From Macrostomum lignano (taxonomy: Eukaryota): a stretch of 55,268 nucleotides of DNA. Below, one piece after another: positions 1 through 12,730 of this stretch; the stretch's first letter is position 1, and the number at the start of each line of letters is the position of its first letter. The notes below the pieces were generated by a model. That model searched no databases. It was not told the origin of the DNA and saw nothing but the letters and a program-made list of their open reading frames with translations. Location: assembly GCA_002269645.1 (NCBI GenBank), contig NIVC01004206.1, forward strand, positions 1 to 55,268, given 5' to 3'. A program made the translations under genes and the position numbers.

Positions 1-1190
1 AGTATCCTCAAACACACATTCTCATCACCTGACGGTATCCTCAAACACACATTCTCACCTGACAGTTTCCTCAAACACACATTCTCACCTGACAGTATCC
101 TCAAACACACATTCTCACCTGACAGTATCCTCAAACACACATTCTCACTGACAGTATCCTCAAACACACATTCTCATCACCTGACGGTATCTCAAACACA
201 CATTCTCAGCACCTGACAGTATCCTCAAACACACATTCTCATCACCTGACAGTATCCTCAAACACACATTCTCACCACCTGACAGTATCCTCAAACACAC
301 ATTCTCATCACCTGACGGTATCCTCAAACACACATTCTCAGCACCTGACAGTATCCTCAAACACACATTCTCATCACCTGACCGTATCCTCAAACACACA
401 TTCTCACACCTGACAGTATCCTCAAACACACATTCTCACCTGACAGTATCCTCAAACACACATTCTCACCTGACAGTATCCTCAAACACACATTCTCACC
501 TGACCGTATCCTCAAACACACATTCTCATCACCTGACAGTATCCTCAAACACACATTCTCACCTGACAGTATCCTCAAACACACATTCTCACCTGACAGT
601 ATCCTCAAACACACATTCTCACCTGACAGTATCCTCAAACACACATTCTCACCTGACAGTATCCTCAAACACACATTCTCACCTGACGTATCCTCAAACA
701 CACATTCTCACCTGACAGTATCCTCAACACACATTCTCACCTGACAGTATCCTCAAACACACATTCTCACCTGACAGTATCCTCAAACACACATTCTCAC
801 CTGACAGTATCCTCAAACACACATTCTCACCTGACAGTATCCTCAAACACACATTCTCATCACCTGACAGTATCCTCAAACACACATTCTCATCACCTGA
901 CAGTATCCTCAAACACACATTCTCATCACCTGACAGTATCCTCAAACACACATTCTCATCACCTGACAGTATCCTCAAACACACATTCTCAGCACCTGAC
1001 AGTATCCTCAAACACACATTCTCATCACCTGACAGTATCCTCAAACACACATTCTCATCACCTGACAGTATCCTCAAACACACATTCTCATCACCTGACA
1101 GTATCCTCAAACACACATTCTCACACCTGACAGTATCCTCAAACACACATTCTCATCACCTGACGGTATCCTCAAACACACACTCTCACA
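1..1190. repeat. Intronic minisatellite, 30/33-bp unit CACCTGACAGTATCCTCAAACACACATTCT(CAT)
   Basis: Direct tandem repeat, truncated by the window start, ending about 25 nt before the acceptor at 1216. Confidence 0.97.
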
Positions 1191-1216
1191 CTCAGACTCT
1201 GCACAAACTTTCACAG

Positions 1217-4200
1217 GCTGCGGTATTCGACGTGTACGAGAGCAATTTCTTTCACGAATACAACATGGTCTGTCTGGAGAAATTCGTGGCCGAGCAGCAG
1301 ACGGGAAGCGCGGTTTTCAAGCGACGGTGTTACAACTTGTTCGCCTTCTTCATGATGTACGGCCTCCCGCTGGCCACCATCACCTGGTGCTACTCCAGAA
1401 TCTTCTGCGTTCTTAACAACAAAAGCCGGGAGCACCACGGTGAGTGTCTTATTGGCGACGAAGCTCAGGACTGCTGTACACCCTGTGTGAGTATGTACAT
1501 GTACCATCGCACGGATCCATTTGCATGCTCGGGGTTGACGGAATAAGAATGAGTGCAGAGCTTTGCTTGCCTCCCAGCTGACTGCAGGTATGAATGACGC
1601 TACACAAGATTTTCTCCTTTGTCGATGGCGAAGCCCCATTCAGCGCTATGCATTCGCCAGAGCGATCGGACAAACAAACGCACCTTACTGAACTCCAGCT
1701 CATTTCTAGGAAAATCGAGTGTAGCATCCTTCGAATTCATATGTACACGAGTGAATGAACTAAATTAATTAGCTGTCTAACACCAGCTACAGTAGTTATC
1801 CACGGTCAGGAGCTTCTGCTGGGGGTCTCGACCTAACCCTTCGGCGACGTCGTAGATAGCAGAAAGATCTGGGAAGGTACCGGTGGATCAGTCTGAGGAT
1901 CTGGGAAGGTACCGGTGGATCAGTCTGAGGATCTGGGAAGGTACCGGTGGATCAGTCTGAGGATTTGGGAAGGTACCGGTGGATCAGTCTGAGGATCTGG
2001 GAAGGTACCAGTCGATCAGTCTGAGGATCTGGGAGGGCCGGTGGCCCAGCCAAAGATAATTCAGAGTGCAGATTGCAGCTCAATCCATGTCAAATATTTT
2101 AAGTGACCATCAGTACTAAAACAGGAGTAACCAAGTAAAGAGTAGGCTCGGCCTACTATGATACGCATTGCAGAGCACTGCATCTGTCATCAGCAGTGGC
2201 ATTCTCAGGCTGAGTCGGCGGACTCCGCCAGGCTGAACCAGACTGTGGTGGCTGCTGGCGCTCTCAATCCGACAGCCATCGCGGCCAGACGGTGCGACGA
2301 CCCGCGCAACATCGACTCGGCCAGGAGGAGCACGCTGCGCATGACCGTCACCATCGGTGAGCCGCCAACAAGAGGGGGGAGGGGAGAGGGAGACTATACG
2401 ACTCATCAATCAGCATCTAAAGACTTCACTTTACGTAGACACGCACCAGCAGCCAGTGGCCTCTTTCGGATTAACTTGTTTCTACGTAAATTGTCGAAAA
2501 AATATCGTCTCATTGACAAAAACGGTACCAGGAAGTGCCTGCTTCTTATGAACACTAATTAGGTCATTAAGTCCCATGATCGAAGCTACCAATGTGCAAA
2601 TCCATTTGGTACGCGAGTCATTAGACGTTGAATTGCAATATATTACCTAATTAAATTTTCTAAATTTCAATGAAAGATGGAACGCTATCGAAATTCCCGT
2701 GTACGTACTGTCTGTCTATCTAATCGGGACTAGTGCCTCCGCCGGGAGTCCCTTCCTCTCGACTCCAACTACCATCAGCTCTTGCCAGACCTGCTCGCTC
2801 TCAGAGAGAATAGCCAGGGGTGTAGCCGTGAGATCAAAGAGAAAATCTTTCTTTAATCTTCATCGTCTGACCTCATTGCTTTCCTAGTGAGGAAACTGGC
2901 TCAGGTAAACAGCCCGTTTGGCCAATTCAGGTCAGAGTTATTTTATTAATATGAAATTAGTTTTAACTATTATTATTTTTAATGCTATTATTTTTTCGAC
3001 GTAACGCAAGTTAAAATCTCGCGCAAAAACCGAGTATTGAAGCTGATTTATGAAGCCTCAGGCCAGTTGGATTCTGGCTTGCGTCATGTCTTTGATGAAT
3101 TTTACTAGAATTTCCATTGTGTCTCTATCTTCTTGAGCTATTAAATGTAAGGTAAAATACGTTATCATCTGCAGTAAATTATACATTGGCAGGTCCAATT
3201 CCCGTAAGGGATCTTTGGTCTCGCAGTCCTCATCAGTGATTAGTATCAATATATATCATCAACCATGGGCTAGATTTGCAGCCTAGTGGTTGGAGCGTCG
3301 TACTCAGGTGAAAGGTCAGGGGTTCGATTCTCAACCGAGTCGGAACAATTTGTGTCCTTGAGCAAGACACTTAACTCTGCATTGCTTCAGTTCACCCAGC
3401 TGTAAAATGGGTGCCAGCATTAGCTGGGGTAATTGAGGGTGTGTGTGGCGACCCCCCCCCCCAGTCCTTAGACTGAACAGCCGTACGCAGCCTTCAGATG
3501 AGCTGTCGGTTGCACACCTACGTAGATCAGGACGATAAACAGTCGATTTTTCTTAGAAATGAACCACAGGCCAGGGAGGAAGGCACTCGCTCGTATATTT
3601 GTGGAGAAATCCGTTTCTTTCTCTCGAACGAATTCGTCTATGGCAATTCAGCGCTGTGCATTCTCTAGTAGATCGCATACTGAGTGCATTCTGACAAATG
3701 AATTCGACAAATAACGGCTTCCAGTTCATTTCTAGGAAAATCGAGTTGTAGCGGCCTTCTATACTTCGGAGCAAGAGAGACTGTTTTATTATTTTACAGG
3801 ATAGAGCAGAAATCAATTCGATAGATGTTTTGTTAAAGATAAAAATATATTGCACAGAAAATAGAAACAAAAAGCAATGACATCGGGAAAAATGACGCAA
3901 ATAGGATTAACAGGAAATGAGGAAGCAGGTAGAAGAGATGCAGAGTGCGGCATATCAGGCAATCACTTATCAGAACTTGCGATCAAAAACGGATTTGAGA
4001 AAAGGGGAATAGGGAGAGGCAGAGCAGAGGAAGCAGCCGCTAGCTAAATTTGAGTTAAATGACAGACAAATTACGTAAAAGTCTTTAAGAGGAAGCGCAG
4101 ATGTGCCAGAGGATTTGGAGCGGTTTTCAACTAGAGTACAAGGATATCGAATATCTGAATACGAGCTATGAATTCAATGTTTTTTTTCAGTTCTCGCCTT

Positions 4201-5736
4201 CCTGCTCTGCTGGGCGCCCTACTGGTTTGTCACTTTGGCCATGACGTTCTTGCCAGAGGGCAGCAAACAGTAAGAGAAGCCTTCAATTAATAATTTATAA
4301 AAGTGCAAGTCTGTCGCTTTCACCGACCGGCTATTCTCGTTTCAGTAAGTCATCGGAAACTGATGTTGTCTATCTCTGTTTGACCTTCGCCTTCACCAAC
4401 TCCTGCGTGAACCCGATGATCTACGGTAGGTCTCCGGCTAATGGAGACGATATTGTTTATGTTATCTTTATTCCCTTACTGCAAAATCTAAAGCTGTCTT
4501 GGAGTCATGTCTCAAGGGCTTAATGTCTGAGTCATGAGGTGTCTTGGGGGTCTCGGAGTCTCGAGGGATTTCCAGATCTCTAGGGGATATCGGAGATCTC
4601 GAGAGACAATGGGGGATCTGCGGGATTCGCAAAAGATCTCGAGGGATTCCGGGAATCGCAACGGGGATCTTGGGGTCTCTTGGGTCTCTTGGGATCTCTT
4701 TGGTCTCTTGGGATCTCTTTGATCTCTTGGGATCTCTTGGGATCTCTTTGGTCTCTTAGGATCTCTTTGGTCTCTTGGGATCTCTTTAGTCTCTTTGGAT
4801 CTCTTGGGCATCTTCGGATCTCTTATGATCCTTTGGGATCATAATCATCTTTCGAGATCTTTTGAGATCTCTTGGTATCTCTTAGGATCTTTTGGAATCT
4901 TTTAAGATCTCTTGAGATCCTTTGGAATCTCTTGAGATCCTTTGAGATCTTTTGAAATTTTCTGGGATCTTTTATGATTCTTTGGGATCTCTTGGGATCC
5001 TTTGAGATCTTTTGAAATTTTCTGGGATCTTTTATGATTCTTTGGGATCTCTTGGGATCCTTTGAGATCTTTTGAAATTTTCTGGGATCTTTTATGATTC
5101 TTTGGGATCTCTTGGGATCCTTTGAATCTCATTGGGCTCTTGGGACCTTGAAGATCTGTGGGATCTCAAATGATTTTCGGAGATCTTTTGAGAGGCAGTA
5201 AATTCCGGAATGGGAACCGTGAGGAGAGATCGAAATGTTGACACCCTCCGACCGCAGGCATGTTCACCCGGCAGTGCCGCAGTTGCCTCAAGCAGATGGT
5301 ACCAAAGTCGGAGCCGGACCTCGAAGGAGTCGCCGTCGAGCTGAACACGGCCGCTGCAATCGCTGCTGCTCGCCGCGCCCGTCGAGAAGCTGCCGCCAAC
5401 AAAGACTTGGACGAATTGGACTTCGACGACTGCAGCGGCGCGAGTTTCTGCCCGCATCACGGAGTCTACGTGCCGCCAGGCTGGCAGCAGCGGAGTCGCC
5501 GACGCCGCGAGCGCCGTGCCGCCAGATGCGGCTCGGACGAGACGCCGATGGGGGCTTCGCGCAAGGATCAACAGGAGGATCGGTCGGATGGCCTCGCCTC
5601 GGAGGGAGACAGAAAGCCGCCAGTTTCTGAGAGCAGGTCCAGGGTGCTGCGGCTGGTGCGAAACGATTTTCATTGCAGCTTGGACCACAGCGGCTGCTCT
5701 ACGTCGTCTGCCGTTGCGGCCGACTGGGCATTCTAG
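1217..5736 (+). CDS. Class A peptide GPCR, GnRH/AKH/corazonin-vasopressin receptor superfamily-like; 3' part only (ECL2 to C-terminus), upstream exons lie outside the window
   Basis: Exons with phase-consistent AG/GT boundaries: 1217-1439, 2174-2356, 4191-4269, 4346-4425, 5258-5736 (TAG). The spliced product gives TM5 (YNLFAFFMMYGLPLATITWCYSRIF), the end of ICL3 and TM6 (IDSARRSTLRMTVTIVLAFLLCWAPYW) and TM7 (AFTNSCVNPMIYG). CWxP and NPxxY show class A. The ARxxTLRMT pattern resembles GnRH/vasopressin-type receptors; the subfamily call is from recall only. Confidence 0.88.
1866..2050. repeat. 32-bp minisatellite GATCTGGGAAGGTACCGGTGGATCAGTCTGAG, related to the arrays at 14085 and 24835
   Basis: About 5 tandem units. 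The last unit, read on the reverse strand (GCTGGGCCACCGGCCCTCCCAGATCCTCAG), nearly matches the 31-bp unit at 24850. Confidence 0.9.
3267..3545 (+). mobile_element. tRNA-derived SINE with a conserved central-domain-like segment
   Basis: A-box-like GCCTAGTGGTT (3281) and B-box GGTTCGATTC (3321). These are followed by GTGTCCTTGAGCAAGACACTTAAC...CACCCAGCTGTAAAATGGG, which resembles the conserved central domains of metazoan SINE superfamilies (V/Meta type; exact family not determined). Confidence 0.75.
4530..5190. repeat. Degenerate GATCTC-rich intronic repeat with 10-, 20- and 60-bp periodicity
   Basis: GGGATCTCTT-type units; near-identical 60-bp blocks at 4921, 4981 and 5041. Confidence 0.9.
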
Positions 5737-5774
5737 CGGCCTGTGCAGTGTTAATAAGCTGGGATCTGGCCTGC

Positions 5775-6440
5775 TTGGGGCCTGGAGGTTGGGTCTTAGA
5801 TGGTTGGGGTCTGGATGGTTGGGGCTGCTTGGGGCCTGGATGGCTGGGGCTGCTTGGGGCCTGGATGGTTGGGGCTGCTTGGGGCCTGGATGGTTGGGGC
5901 TGCTTGGGGCCTGGATGGTTGGGGCTGCTTGGGGCCTGGATGGTTGGGGCTGCTTGGGGCCTGGATGGTTGGGGCTGCTTGGGGCCTGGATGGTTGGGGC
6001 TGCTTGGGGCCTGGATGGTTGGGGCTGCTTGGGGCCTGGATGGTTGGGGCTGCTTGGGGCCTGGATGGTTGGGGCTGCTTGGGGCCTGGATGGTTGGGGC
6101 TGCTTGGGGCCTGGATGGTTGGGGCTGCTTGGGGCCTGGATGGTTGGGGCTGCTTGGGGCCAAGGACTACTAGACTAGATAACGAAGTGTTCCTAGTGGT
6201 CCTTGCTTGGGGCCTGGATGGTTGGGGCTGCTTGGGGCCTGGATGGTTGGGCTGCTTGGGGCCTTGATGGTTGGGGCTGCTCGGGACCTTGATGGTTGGG
6301 CTGCTTGGGGCCTGGATGGTTGGGGCTGCTTGGGGCCTTGATGGTTGGGCTGCTCGGGGCCTTGATGGTTGGGCTGCTTGGGGCTGCTTGGGATCTGGAT
6401 GGTTGGGGCTGCTTGGGGCTACTTGGGGCCTGGACGGTTG
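5775..6440. repeat. 25-bp G-rich minisatellite GGGGCCTGGATGGTTGGGGCTGCTT just 3' of the GPCR stop codon
   Basis: Direct tandem units; it accounts for ORFs 5516, 5673, 5699, 5796 and 5800. Confidence 0.97.
6161..6205. mobile_element. 45-bp hairpin insertion with 13-bp TIRs and an 8-bp target-site duplication
   Basis: CAAGGACTACTAG (6161) and CTAGTGGTCCTTG (ending 6205) are inverted with 1 mismatch. CTTGGGGC is duplicated at 6153-6160 and 6206-6213, whereas the normal unit has it only once. Confidence 0.7.
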
Positions 6441-9400
6441 ATCGTTCGAAAGCATGAGTTAAACTCTGGACATTCAGTTTAATACTGATTTCATAATCCT
6501 GTTCAACAGAGTATCACAATAATACGATGCACTTTATCTGAATTTATCACTCTGTGTTGTGCCTGCCTTTGGTTTGTGCGAACGCATTCCACACTGTTTA
6601 CGTACAGTCTGCTTTAAGTGAACCAACTTCTGAACTTAGCGTTGCAGTTTTATCGACTTTACATGCACATGTACTATGTGTCCTCGCTTTATATTAATAA
6701 AACTTTTAATATAAACAAGCGCGTATTTAATTAATATTGCACCTCTCTATCTTGCCCGTGGCAGTAGGCGTTGTCACTAGTTTATGCACGTCAAGCTATA
6801 TTCTATCAAATACAGATGCTATACTAAGTATTTGGCGAGTATCTTGCAGCTTTGTCATGGCATAACAGCAGTCGTGTGAAATTTTATTTTCATTTAGTGA
6901 CAATTTTAACGAGCGTTTAGTCCGAGTCATCAGGCAATGCTGCTGCGCCCATATCTTATTGTGACTGTTGCAGCGATGCCCTATTTTATTTTTGACCCGA
7001 AAAAAGCAAGTGGTAAAAAGGACAGATTCCCGAAGCCGTCGGTCTGAGCCGCTGCTCATGTTGACATGTTATCTAATAAATGTGTTTCCGAGCAAGATAA
7101 CTGAAAGTGCAGACTGGCTTCGTACGGCTTCTCCCTTGGGGCAGTCGGGCCCTATGCTGGCATCCCGGATGCGAGTCGGGCGAGCATATCTTCCCTTCTC
7201 CGACTTTTTAATCTCCGATTCCACAGAGAGCCAGCAGATATTTTTGCCTGTCCATCTCATTAAGAATTTACTGGGCCTGTCCGTCAAAGGGCCGAAAGAA
7301 GTAAGAGCAGCTGAGTGAGGCGCGGGATTGACGTAAGAGTAGCTATAGGCCCGATGGTGGTGTTGAAATAGAATTTCTAATCTAAATCCGATCGAAAATT
7401 GACAGTGTCTCCATCAAAGATAAAATCGGAGCCCAAACGCGTTATCCATTTAAAGAGAGGAGATTTACCCATTTGGGAAGGAGTCGGCCATTAATAAAAC
7501 ATGCCTATCAATTTTGGACGAGACGAGGCCCTACAAAAAGTGTGCATGCACATAATTACAATCGGAAACGATAATTAGCTGTTTAGTATAGCTTGCCTTG
7601 AGAGAGATCAAAGGGATTGATTGGAGCCTATGGGCATTTTGAAAATATGAACGGGGATCCTTAGTGTAGCCACAGTGTACAAAAGACACTCACTGCCTAG
7701 GGAATGTATTAAACTGAGTATTGATATTGATGTCTGGATCAATCGATTGAAATAAATACGATGGTGTGAAGATGCACAGGATAAGAGGTCTGTTGGGCAT
7801 CCTGGCGCTACGTCTTCAGCGATATCGTCCCACAGCTAGTGCTGAGGCAGTTCTGCCCATTCCGCTGACTCTGCTGAGCACGTACAAGAGCGTGGATACC
7901 GTACGCAGGCACGCACTCATGCACAGGCTCACACAGGGTGTACAGCAGCCCTGAATTTCTAATCGTCAGGCATGTACACTCTGTACCATGTGGGTTGACC
8001 TTCATGGCTGTGAATCGCACGACAACCGCCGGCCAGTTTATGTAACGCACTGCTTGTAGCAGGGTCCTGTAGGAGTCTTTAGGAGTGCTGTTTTACCGTT
8101 TCATGGTCAAGATTGTCATGCCATTAAGCGGTTTTCATAGCACAATCATTCCACGTTAAACAGGTGTCTTTGAGTTAATTTTTCTTATGACAGTGCAAAG
8201 AGCAGTATAGACTCTTACGAATTCCTGTAGCACTTCACCCATGGATTACTGGAGAAGACAAAATTCGGTACAGGATTGCAGCTTCTGCGGCAATTAAGGC
8301 AATTAACCAGATTAGGTATTCCTCTCCATCGTCAAAGCCGTCTTCCTCGACAAAGTTCAGATCGAGATGAAGTGCAAAAGGAAGGCAATGTCTCCAATGA
8401 GTTTTAGGCTCCCTGTCATAAGGAGTTCAAGTGCTTTTAACGAGCTACGCACAATCCATGCTATTTACGGGACTATTAATATAAACGGCGTGGTTTGGGC
8501 AAGTAATCCCAGGGGTGTTTCACAAATTGCGTCCTAGGAATTGACCTTTAAGTTTCAAGTTAAGCTCAAAATTGAGACTGAATCGAAAGCTGAGAGTGAG
8601 CTAGCTTTCTGATACAGACCTCGATATAGAGGAAGCGTAAGTCGCTCGACTGACAAAGCATACAAGTCACTCGTCTGATAATTGCTGTGAAAAATAGCTG
8701 AGAAACATCAAATATCCATTCAATTCGACTTAGTACAACTACATGTGTCCTAAAGTTGGAACAGACATTAGGGGGATTTTACTATACAGACTATCTACTT
8801 TCGCAAACACTTCACCAAGGAATCACTCGGAAGTTCGATACGATCACTCGTAGTTTCTGTATAAGATAAACTCCTCAGTACGCTTTCTGCCACAGACAGC
8901 GTATTCTGAAGAATTTATTATCTTTAAACTTAGACTACGCCAAGAATCCCTACTTCATGCCATAGACATACGATCACCCTCGCTGTAGAGTATGGGTGTC
9001 TGGGAAGCCCGCAGAATCTTCAATCGCAATAAAACTACTTTTTTATTTGACTAATAAGACAGCATGCAGGATCAAGAGTTGGAATTTGGCCTCCTGGATG
9101 AGTTCTTCGGACAGAAACTGCAAGACGAAGCTGACATCATTGATGCGCAAGCCAGATCTTCTGCTGTCTTTCTTCAAGGCGATCACACGTCTGTCGCCTT
9201 GGAGCGCTACATTGGACTCTCCAGCACGTCAACGCGGTTCGTATCAGCGGTCGTGCAAGGGCAAGGCTGTCCATCGTCCTCCAACACTGCTGGCGTTGAA
9301 ACAAGACTGCCAGGTGATGCGCCAGACAAGTCTATCATTCAGCACGGAAATGGAGTGAAAAGTGTGGAAGTGGAGAATGGAAAGGTGACCATCATTTTTA

Positions 9401-9552
9401 TGTAACACTATATAGGACTGCAAAATGTGTGTATTGACTACTCAGCGTATCTGTTCAATTGTTAATTTGACCTGTGTGATTGTCTGCTACATGCACTATT
9501 CACGTTCACTGTTATCCCCAATTGCTAAATCACCTGCTAACTGATGTTTGTT

Positions 9553-9638
9553 CTAAAAATATATTTAATGGTCCTCAAATCGAGGACCAATATAAGTTTA
9601 ATGGTCCTCGTTTTCAGGACCATTAAAGATATTTTTAG
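9553..9638. repeat. 86-bp nested imperfect palindrome (mini foldback)
   Basis: Arms 9553-9575 and 9616-9638 are inverted with 1 mismatch; there is an inner inverted GAGGACCA/TGGTCCTC pair. Confidence 0.75.
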
Positions 9639-12294
9639 CTTTCCGTCCGAGAATTTACCCATAGACAACCACTTTCCTGGAACAGAAAGAGCCCAATAAA
9701 TGAGCTTTCTTGGTGTAGGAGCTTAACTCTGAGTTAAACCTAACTTGAATCCCAGCCAAGAATTCGATTTTTTGTTTTTGTGAAATACCTACATTCGAAC
9801 CTCGAGCACAAGTTCATCTGAGCTATTAATCACACACTTCCCTGGGAGGATTGGAGCTGACAAGACTTCGTCAAGTGTGTTGAGTGACGCACGCCTGCGT
9901 AGTGGCTGGATCATTTTCATTAACTGTTATTCGCAGCACTTCCCGGCGGTGCGCATTTTTTAATTATTGATAGGTTTCATTCGTTCACAGCCGATTGTCT
10001 TGTGGCTGGTAACACGGCTTAACTCCAGCTGGCGGGCCACATCATCCGTGCCGAGACGTACAAGGAGGTACTGCTTCTGACGCTGCGATAGGCGCGATAT
10101 GCGACAAGCGCGCACTCGGCACTTGGCGTTGATGAATAAACACATGCCTTTCATTTTGCCAGATAGAGTAGAATAGCAAGCAGTTATATGTTTTTACAGT
10201 CAAAAAGCATGACCGTTAAATTTCCATTAACCGTTTTGTATTTCCAACTCACTGAAGATCTGATCAGAAAAATAAAACTGAAGGGAAGAGAGACGAGACG
10301 GCCAGAAGAATAACAGAGAATGACAGGTGAGTGAGGGAGATACAGAGAGAGGCACGCGAGAGGATACAGGAACAGATGCATTTTAGAGGGGAGAAGAGGC
10401 AGAACAAGAGGCGATCGATCGAAGACGATGAAAGTGATTTGGGCTACTCAGGGCAGAGTTGGGAACGCGGAGAGGGCAGACTGTAAGCCGAATTACACAA
10501 CCGTAAAAACCGCTGTTGACAAGATTATCGGGGAGAGAGCAGTAGAGCGGCAGTTATACTTCAGCAAAGTGACTACTGCAAGAAAGCGCCATACAGTGCT
10601 CTCCGCCTTCTCCTTTGTTCCGTCTGACTGGGAATAAGCGGTTTTGCGTTTTCCTAGCCCCTGCAAGGTCGGTGAAAGCCGTTCAGAGAGCAGATGATTT
10701 AATTTTTTTATCTGCTACTGGTTTGATCTTCAATGGGACTCAACTTGAAATTCCTGTTACCCCTAGTACACGTACTGATAGCGGAGGCTGTCTCAGACCT
10801 TTGCCCTTTTCGCCTTTTAGCGACCTATGGAACATTGTATTACATCCACCGCTTCCCTTGATGCTGCTGGAACGCCAACCAAGGATGGTACCGTGGAAGC
10901 ACTATAACTTACGGTGCCTCTAACTCTAACAATCTTGGCGCCACTCACGATAATACGGAAGTAGCTGGATGATGGGGTAGCGGGCCCACAGCTCTAGATA
11001 CCAGTAGAAGACCTGCAGCATCGCCCGCTTGCAGAAATTCCGCCGGCGAAAAGCGGAAGAACAGAGAAGTGCGAAGCCGCCTCATCTGCCGCCTCTGAGG
11101 CGAATAACGACATCCGACAAAGGGGCGGACTCCGCGCGTCGGGTGCCGCCAAACCTGGTGCGGCTGGCTCCTCCCGTGGCGGGACCTCTTCTCGTATAGC
11201 AACTGCCACGGCTGCGGAGGGATCCTCTGTGCCGGCCAAACCACTAAGCCAAAGCGCACCTATGCGGCTATATGGCCAAGAGGTAGCCGGCCCTAATTAT
11301 TCAAGGCCAGGCAGGAGACGCCCCTTTCGGCCGAACATCCCAACCAAATCAGGCGCAGGTTGGACTCCCAGCTGGTCGCACAAGATGGCCCTGTGCTCCA
11401 AGTCCTGAAGACAAGCGTTGAGAACCAGGCCCTCCACATCCAACTCGCCGACAGCCAGTCTGGGCAGCAGCTCCTCAAGCCAGGGGTTAGCGGAATGGGG
11501 TCAACACCTCCCTGCTTTATCCAGATGCCCGGAACCCCTGCAGCTAAGTCAAGTGTCATTGCTTTTGCCTGCCTGTCTGAGGTCTACATGCCAGTCTAAT
11601 CAATCAATAAATAATACCGAAAGTGCCAGGCAATAATTAATATTTAATAATTTTGGCCAATAGGCCTTGCAAGCAGAAGAACCGCCCTCTCGAACAAAAT
11701 TAGCAGCGCAATAAAAAGACAATTAAAGCAGTTTTGATTTTCATCAATTGCTGCCGAATAGAAAAAGCAGCAGCAACGCATTTAATTACATACGAGATAG
11801 AGGTAGGTGACAGATGAAGGTCAAAGCAAACCTCAGTAAATTGCAAAGCCAAGACTAGCAAAACAAAGTCGCAGAAATTACGATAAAAGTAAAAATTGCA
11901 ACAATTCTTTCAATACTTGTTTTATAGGACAGCGCGTGCAAATGCTACTAATATAAAGTAGTTAGGTGAGACAAGTGCTTCCGGAAATGGAGAAAATTTT
12001 GATTGCAAATTTTATAAATTTAATATCGGTTGACTGCCTTTAGATAACAGTAGATAAAAGAATTGAAAAACGCAAACTTTGTTGTTGAAAGCAGAATGCG
12101 ACAAAGCAGTTAGCAGGTGTCATTCAAACCGGTCATGCAGACACTGTTTTTAACTATGAGTTGTCGTATAAAATTTGAAAAAAAAGTTTATGATCAAGGG
12201 TGGTCAATATGACAAGTAATAGTTAATCATAACATCTATAGTCAGAATTTCCTAATATTGGCAGTCGTATTTAACTAATGATCATAGGAAGTTC

Positions 12295-12730
12295 CTATTT
12301 CACTCTGGTGATCATATAAAAATGGTTATATTTGATTATGTTGGAAAAAAACGCCTTGTTTCCCTCTGGTGGTCATAATAAAGGTTGTGTTTCACTCTGT
12401 TGGTCATAATAAAAGTTGTGTTTCACTCTGGTGGGCATAATAAAGTCATGTTTCACTCTGTTGATCATAATAGTCATGTTTCACTCTGTTGATCATAATA
12501 GTCATGTTTCACTCTGTTGGTCATAATAGTCATGTTTCACTCTGTTGGTCATAATAGTCATGTTTCACTCTGTTGATCATAATAGTCATGTTTCACTCTG
12601 TTGGTCATAATAGTCATGTTTCACTCTGGCGGTCATAATAAAGGTTGTGTTTCACTCTGGCGGTCATAATAAAGGTTATGTTTCACTCTGGCGGTCATAG
12701 GAAGGTCATTTTAGACTCTGGCAGTCATAA
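12295..12730. repeat. 28-30-bp minisatellite GTCATGTTTCACTCTGTTGGTCATAATA downstream of the Vangl stop
   Basis: Direct tandem units, degenerate at both edges. Confidence 0.93.

Noticed and set aside
3195-3240. Hammerhead ribozyme core CTGATGAG on the minus strand
   Set aside because: No correctly placed GAAA or stems I-III were found.
3058-3249. 63-codon antisense ORF inside a GPCR intron
   Set aside because: Short, with a non-ATG start and no motif; possibly a TE relic but unsupported.
6780-9000. Possible decayed coding or endogenous viral sequence
   Set aside because: Only short open stretches with frequent stops and no recognisable motif. A tBLASTx search would be needed.
10640-11600. 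Possible gag-like relic on the minus strand (WLEELLPRLAVGELDVEGLVLNACLQDLEHRAILCDQLG)
   Set aside because: Protein-like but fragmented, with no zinc knuckle, LTR or other diagnostic motif.
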